Shown one piece after another: positions 57,021-64,000 of a stretch of DNA of 64,000 bases; position 1 is the stretch's first letter, and every line of letters starts with the position of its first letter. This DNA comes from Podarcis liolepis (taxonomy: Eukaryota). The DNA lies in NCBI GenBank assembly GCA_965112155.1, contig OZ218109.1; one strand, 5' to 3'. The notes beneath the pieces are model-generated. The model saw only the letters and a list, made by a program, of their open reading frames with translations, had not been told where the DNA came from and made no database searches. A program made the position numbers and the translations under genes.

Positions 57021-58308
57021 CAATAGTTTTTAAGTCATGTATCTAATTGAAGCCTTTCTTAGTACCCTCTGGTTTAGGCCCATTGGCAGGTAAATTTATT
57101 GCAGTTTGAAGGTGGGCAGGCAGTGCAGTCGCTTGTCTTTCCAGATGCTGCATAGCTTAGAAGCCTCCAGTAGTGTTACATTACAGTAGCCCTGGAACTG
57201 TGCGACTGCTGCTTTCAGAGAGAATGAACCTGCAATACAAAGAGGGACCCCAAAGGCAAGAGACCCACTCAATATTCTTAGCTCTGTGCTTTCAGTTCAG
57301 TGGAAGTACCTTTATGCAAGCCTGTTCCTAAGAAAGCCTACTTTGCCCCTCTTCAGGAACTGAAAAGATTAAGACTGCAGCTGCTGCAGCATTTATACTC
57401 TCTCCGCTGCTTCTTTTGTGGAAGAAATTTGGGAAATAATAATAAAGGCCTCAGTGAAAAGTACCTAAGAAAAGCAATGAAATATACAGCACATGTATGT
57501 TGTTGCAAGATGAAGCCCAGTTTCCTTCCTATCATCACCAAAGAGTTTGGTAATAACCTGTTAGGAAGTTAGACTGACAGCCTCTTTTTCAGTTGCTGTG
57601 TGACTGACTGTAGGAGCAGGCGGAGAGTGGAAAGCTTAAAAGATCTGTTTGTCTTTTGTTTTCACAGTAATTTTTTTTTTAATACAGCAACAGGCATCTT
57701 TAATCTTGCTAATCTCAGGCCTTGGTGGAAGCACTATATAGTTTGTATGTTAATAAAGGGTAAGGGAAAAAGCATCCAGTTTCTTGTGACCTAAATGTGT
57801 GTTCTTTGAAGTTTTACATTAAAGTTGAATATGACAGTACATCTACCTTCTCACCCTCTCTCTTTTTTCCAAATATAACTACATTGTCACGGTTCTTGAT
57901 GTTATAGGGTTTTATGAGAAACTATCAGGTGACTTTTTAGATCAAGAATGAACTCTGGTGAACAATATTTACAGTGATATTATTTGTTCTGTTTTCTCAC
58001 GAGAAACTAAATATTAATTGTCACACACATTTGCCCTTGGCATATTGGAAGGTTCTGAATCAAATGTGTTTAAAACCTAATGCTTTGCTATGTAAATTTC
58101 CCAGCAGTTGTTGATCTCCAATATATCCTACATTCAGCTGTAGAAATTTGTCAAATATTGTTTCAAGAGTTTTGTACATAGTTGTACTGTTATTTCTAGC
58201 CACTGTGCTGAACAGTATTTGAATTACCACACAATATTGCTTTACACAAGGAAATGTGTGGCTTTTGTTTTGTATTTTTTCAGTATAGACGTCCCTGTGT
58301 CTTATTTA

Positions 58309-58314
58309 AATAAA
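58309..58314 (+). terminator. Probable main polyadenylation signal
   Basis: AATAAA with upstream UGUA/U-rich sequence and downstream tgtagtgtgttgtctgtctttt. Confidence 0.65.
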
Positions 58315-60088
58315 ATTATTAGAAAAAAACACCCTACAACCTGTAAAATGTAGTGTGTTGTCTGTCTTTTGAAAGCTGTCTAGAAGCTGAACATTCAGAA
58401 AAAGCACCAGCTGTAGTCTTGAACTTTTCCAGAACCGAGGGTTGAGGGATCACAAAAAGTGCTGCCCTGTGTTAAAACTCCCCTTTCCATAAGGAAACTG
58501 CAGCAGGAAGAAGAGAAACTAGTTGAGAGGTGGGATTCTCTGCTTGCATATATCTGCAGAAAAGGTGGTTGTAAAGTGCAATATTAATCAATCGTTGAAT
58601 TGAAATGGTAGCTTTTTGTAGCTGAACTATTGCTATGTTGCACGCTTAATCATTTATTTCCACTGTAACATGGTGCAAAAACTGCATTCCACTGTACATA
58701 GTGGAATAAGGTTAGTGCCAACCTGACTAAATAATTTAGAAAACATTCCCTTCTTCATAGGCCATTCATCTTGTTATGATGATGTAGATTTCATTTCTCA
58801 TGACTTTAACAAATAGCACGGAACTGGCTCACTGTTTTTTCGCAACTTGTTCTCGTCAGTCTCAGGACTGGAATAGCATATCAAAATGGACTATTCCAAA
58901 TGCCTTCTAACGTATTAAAGATTCCAAAAACCTCTACTGTTTAGGAGAAGCCAAAGAACATAACCTAGTTTGGTTATCATTTTTCAGCAAAGCACATTTC
59001 CCCCAGTGCAACAGCTTTTATATTCGTGGGAAAGTGTCATCATGCGCTTCAGCACCCTTTAAAACTCTGCTTAACATTGTGACATGTTTTCCAGTAAGCT
59101 TTTAGTATTGGCTCATTTGAACACAACACTTCACTTAGTGACCCAAACACCATAAATTTGAGAAAACAAATCAGTAACATTTTCTTGTACTTGTGTTCCT
59201 ACTATGAGTGCATTTTAGTTTGCGTTTGAAGTGGATAGTTCTCTAACTTGCCTATTATATTTATAAATATTCCAGTAACATGCTGCAATGGCAATATAAT
59301 CATTTTGATTAATCCATGGCTGCGTCTGCATTGTATTTTGCTCTTTGGTGCAATTCTGGGTGCAACTTGTATCTCATTATAGTTTGCTTGCTTTGCATTA
59401 CCTGTTCCATCTCAGCAGCTGTGGGGTTGGACTTGTGAATGTGACTGCAATAAATAAGAAGGGGTGGGGAAAGGCCTGCGACCTAGTTAACACAATGGTG
59501 TGTGACTTCCCATCTTCCCCGCATGCACCTGAGAGCAATGATGTCTGAGAGAACAGTAGCAAATAAGGCAGGTGAAGGGTGCATTATCACGCTATAGATG
59601 TAGCCAATCTTCTCAGCTTTCACGCTTGTTTTAATAGGAAAGGTCCTCTTCTGGTAGCGGAGTTGGACTTGCCTAGCCAGGCAGAGCTTTGGCCATAAAC
59701 AATTCCCCACCCCAACTTAAGGATCCTAGAGAAGCTGAGAAAAAAATAAATTATTAGGGAAGGACCATCACCTTCACATCTGGAAAGTGAAGAGGGCGGA
59801 AACCTACTATCCCTTCCCCAAAGGGGGTCTTAAGATAGGGTAGGATTGAACGTGGAGGAAAGGACAATTGTGAGCTTTCAATGTGAGACCTCCCTTGCGG
59901 TAGTTGGAAGGCAGCCCAAGAGCACTCGGTGCACCCATGGGAGAGAATTCCTTCCTAAGGAATCCAAATTACAGCAGCTAGGCTTGACTTGTGTGCTCTG
60001 ATCAGCATGTATAACTGTCTTTCTCAACTTAGTTGGCTGCCTGTCTCTGTGTAGTTTAAGGTGCTGGTTTCGCCTTTTGAAACTAAAT

Positions 60089-60371
60089 CGGGGATGGGGA
60101 ACTTTTTTCAGCCCATGAGTCCATGAGGGTTGCATGCCAGTGGTGGGTGGAGCCAGTGGTGAAAGTGGGTGGAGGTAAGAGCTGTTTGCCAGTGGAACAG
60201 GCTCCCTCGGAAGGTGGTGGACTCCTTCATTGGAGGTTTCTAAGCAGATTGGGTGGCCATCTGTCATGTGTTGGTCTAGTTGAGATACTTGCATTGCAGG
60301 GGGTTGGACTAGTTGTTCCTCTGATCACTTCCAACTATGGTTCTATGAAATTTTACCTTTGTGCATTAGGC

Positions 60372-60416
<45 letters not shown>

Positions 60417-60608
60417 CGTCTGTGTTCCCCATCCAGACAAGCAAAAGGCATTATCGGAGTTCAAGAACACATTCCATCCCGGAAGAAACGTTCCAGGTGT
60501 GGAGCAGGGATACTGAGGGGTTTGGCTTGGGGAGAGTCTAGAGGACCAGATAAACAGGGCTGCTGGGGGCCCACATTCAACCCCAGACCTGAGGTTCCCC
60601 CTCCCCTG
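60089..60608. mobile_element. hAT-like element containing a CR1 3' end (about 60177-60352) and (TG)n (60377-60415)
   Basis: TIRs cggggatggggaac / gttcccctcccctg; flanks aactaaat / ctttaaat; CR1 tail ...cttccaactatggttctatgaaatt. Confidence 0.65.
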
Positions 60609-61856
60609 CTTTAAATAGTCTAGGGTGGTGTTTCCAAAGCTTTATTCAGGTGGCCTGTGCTGTGTCTGTAAAAATAAAATCATACAGCATCTAGCACAAC
60701 CAACAGAAAAACCAATTTGGTGTTTTGGCAAGACTCTTGGCAATTTTCAAGTGGTCCATAGAGAAACATAGAGAAAAAGGGTTAAGAAGCACTGGAATCG
60801 GACATCATTAAGAATTGTTCCATAGTGGCCAGTCCAAGTTTTAAGGTAAACTTTGGAGATGCTCTCTACCATCCTCTTCACCTGTTAAATAGTGATCGTG
60901 AGAGCATAAGATTTCTTAGTGGTGGTCTCATGCCTTTGGAATACTGCACTGGAAGAAACACCTTGCCTTTAGAACCCCTTTCACCATAATTTATTTTTTT
61001 AAAAAAAACAAACCCCTCATTTTTACTGTTGCCTTTCATTGCCTTTTGGGTGACTGCTCTCATTTTTTAAATGGTTGTTTTAAGTTGTGTGCTTTTAAAA
61101 ATATGCCCCTTTGTTTAGTGTATGCCCATGTTGAGCCGCTCTGAACAGAGCATAAATAATAAATCTAGTGATTTGAAACTTCACCCTGAACTGGCTCTTG
61201 AAAGTGATAGAAGAGGGGAAATCGTTGCAGGGGGACAATGGTGAGAGGGCAGAACAAAAAGCTTGCAGCACACTATCGCCACTTATCCCATCATCTGTCC
61301 CAGTGTCCCATCAAAATCCCCCCCCTCCAAAAAAAATTGGCCTGGAAACTGAGCAGTTCAGTTAAGCAGTTAAGCTTGGCTCATCCAAGAGAGCAATCTC
61401 TTTATTTGAGAATTTAACACCTATGCATACCTCATGGCAGCTTACAGCAATTAAAGTAACACTCTAAGTAAAGAACGGACTTTGTCACAATGTCAAAGAA
61501 ATGAGCTGTGGTAAAAGTTTTGTCACAGAAAACATCTGCCTAGCAGGGCACCAGAAACAATCTTCACCAAACCACAGAAGATGGCAAGGGATGGAGCCAA
61601 ACAAACCTCAGACAAGGTAAGCTACAATCTGTTTTTGTCTTTGTGTAAACCAGCTGTGTCTTTTCCATCAGCTCCAGCCGATTGGCACCCTTCAGTTCCC
61701 ATTATTCTCTGGGAGGAAGTTATGACTGTTTAAAGTGGTATAATGGTGCTTTAAATGGTGTGGATGTGACCTAAGTCATACTCTGATCAGTCCCATTGAA
61801 ATATATGGACTTGAGTTAACCAAGATTATCTTAAATGTATACATGGATTCCATGTA

Positions 61857-62077
61857 CAGTGGTGCCCCGCAAGACGAAATTAATTCGTTCCGCAATTTTT
61901 GCCGTCTAGCGAATTTTTCTTCTTGCGAAGCACGGTTTAACAAAGTCGCAAGACGTTTTTGTCTTGCGAAGCAAGCCCATAGGGGAATTCGTCTTGCGAG
62001 GCAAATCGCGAATGAAAAAACCTTTCGTCTAGCGAGTTTTTTGTCTTGCGAGGCATTCGTCTTGCGGGGCACCACTG
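61857..62077. mobile_element. Young Tc1/mariner-superfamily (pogo/Tigger-like) MITE, 221 bp
   Basis: Perfect 22-bp TIR CAGTGGTGCCCCGCAAGACGAA, TA on both sides, many CpGs retained. Confidence 0.92.
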
Positions 62078-64000
62078 TATCTGATTTGGAGTATGTCTTA
62101 GTTGGGTATCACCCACCTTGTTCTCATGGTGCCAACCAGCCTGAGTGCAAGTGCCCTCTCCTCACCTGTAGTTCCCAGAAATTGACTCACAGTGGAATTA
62201 CAACTTAGCCTTAGCTGCCATGAATGAGTCTAATCCTTTTTTTTAAAAAAAGCTATTCATCTTGGCGGTCATCAGTACATCGTGTGGGAGCAAACCAGTT
62301 AACTAGGTCCTTTGTGAAGAAGTATGTTCTCTTGTCTTTCCTGAATCTTCCAACATTCAGCTTCACTGAATGACCCTGAATTCTAGTATACAGGAGGAAA
62401 CATGACCTCTATAATAATGCTTTTGAACACATTTCCAGTGGCCAACATAATACTGGAATTCTAAATTTGATTCTTTTTATTTTTTAAGCATCAACAACTC
62501 ACGAAGGAAGAATATCAATAGAATATCAATAGAAAAAGTAATTCAGGAAATATATTTCCATGCCAGAGGAAATGCTTTTGTTTGAAGAGAAAGGGGAAGA
62601 ATACTCACCCCACCTACATTAAACTCCAATTATGCTTCTGTGTTGCATTTTCCTTGGCTGTGTGTTTACACCTCCAGAAGAGACTGCAAAGAGAAAGCAA
62701 CTGCCTAAGCTCTCCTCCAGAATTTTATTTTGCAGAGTAATGATACATAGCCTGTTATCCTTCAGAGGCCGTTTTCAGTTCTTCACAGTAACCTTCTTGG
62801 GCAGGCCAGGAGACTGGCTCTCTGCAGGGTTTCCTGGCATCCAACTTTCTTTTTCAGAAGCATTTCTACGTATCTCCATGTGCCCAGTTGACTTGAGATG
62901 TGGGTACAGCTCTCGTAATCATTAGTACGAAGTGTTCTTGATAGAACTTGCATCAGGACTAGGGTGTACACTGAGGTTTAGTAACCATGGTGGCACTTGC
63001 GAGGTTGCAATGAATGTTTCTGTAGCATTACCTAGACGACATCTTGACTCACTAATGCACTGTGGAACAGGGAGTGCAGAATATTCAGGCAGCACTGATT
63101 GGTCTCAAGACGTGGTTCCATAACAAATATGGCCAATTGCTCCCTATTTTCAGCTCAGTTCCTCTGCTCAGAATTGAGCTAGATGCTGCTTAGTTTGGGA
63201 TATTCTTGTCTGCATAAGGGAAGGGGATGATCACCAAATATGAGAATCTAAAAAGCTTTGCAGTTGGAGATCATCACACTTGATCTATTGTTAGACATGC
63301 TTGTTTCATATGAAAGAATAGTGAATTGGTTAAGGTTTCAGATAAGACTGTTTCAAAGGCTGATATACTCCCTTTCTAGCTGGAGATTGTGAACCAGGAA
63401 TGTTGGCTCTTTTGTGTCACCAGACAGCTCAGGCAGTAATGAACTGGTGCCTACCAAAATGGCGGTATCGGCTGGAGTGAGCTTCTCTAGTCCCAGTCTT
63501 CATCACTAGAAGGGATGGAGATGCAGGCACTGGCTAACATCATCTAAACCACCTACTTAACAATTGTAAGTGTACATGGGTATTAGCTGATTGTAGAACA
63601 AAGCCGCCAGTTGGGCACCAAAACAGCTCCAATGTGCTTTATTTTGCTGGAGCAATGTATCTTTAAAAGCATACATCAAGAAACAGGACAAATCTTGAAC
63701 TGTGAAGAACAGCTGTTGAGGCAGGGCACCTGACACTGGTGGAATACCAGATTTCTTTGTGGCACTGTAGAAGCTGAAACAACCATCAATGCACAGGCTC
63801 CCTGATCTCAGGTTGGCCAGGACTTAAAACACATTCTTGCCAACCGGATTCCACTGCAGAGAATAAAATACCGTTTTGATAATGTTGCACTGTCCTCAAA
63901 ACATCTTTGATTCCCAGAACTGGTAGCCATGATCTGTCATTAAGATCCTGTGGAAGGACTGCTAGTTCCAGTCCCATCTATCTCATCAATTCCTGCATAC

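Larger units (their letters stand above)
55673..58335 (+). other. GLCCI1: GLCCI1 3' UTR (end approximate)
   Basis: AT-rich, largely free of recognisable TEs, ending at AATAAA 58309-58314 with a GT/T-rich downstream element near 58349-58370. A proximal AATAAA lies at 56545-56550. Confidence 0.7.

Noticed and set aside
60123-60614. 163-aa ORF
   Set aside because: Runs through CR1, (TG)n and hAT sequence; a repeat-derived artefact.
61857-62077. Regularly repeated GTCTTGCGA units as a CRISPR-like array or a coding ORF (61776-62208)
   Set aside because: The units lie between perfect TIRs with TA targets, so this is a MITE; spacing is irregular and the genome is eukaryotic.
63455-63465. YY1-type motif CAAAATGGCGG; also a CTCF-like motif near 11618-11632
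   Set aside because: Isolated motifs without CpG island or other support.
59500-64000. Last coding exon of ICA1 on the minus strand (expected from synteny)
   Set aside because: No WFSLFADLDPL / HELLNA-like translation seen; probably outside the window.

Overview
Vertebrate genomic DNA, almost certainly from a squamate lizard and probably a lacertid, judged from Sauria SINEs, BovB/RTE fragments and Squam-type SINEs. The window holds one complete protein-coding gene on the + strand, GLCCI1 (FAM117 family). I assembled 8 GT-AG coding exons from 18810 to 55672 (1722 nt, 573 aa), behind a CpG-island, triple-CCAAT promoter and followed by a 3' UTR of about 2.7 kb. The rest is intergenic or intronic DNA with many nested transposable elements: CR1, L2, BovB, tRNA- and 5S-derived SINEs, hAT and Tc1/mariner MITEs, and a solo LTR. 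Nearly all ORFs in the six-frame track are spurious. I found no convincing new multi-gene system. The best leads are regulatory or evolutionary: several latent alternative splice options in GLCCI1 (an in-frame 114-nt extension of exon 6, a possible 30-nt GC-donor microexon or alternative last exon, a perfect second donor after exon 1), uORFs, a 12-bp duplication across the stop codon, miR-17~92 seed sites, two sister MITE families with one scaffold but different repeated motifs, and an unexplained 39-bp direct repeat. Gene and repeat family names are from recall, not database searches.
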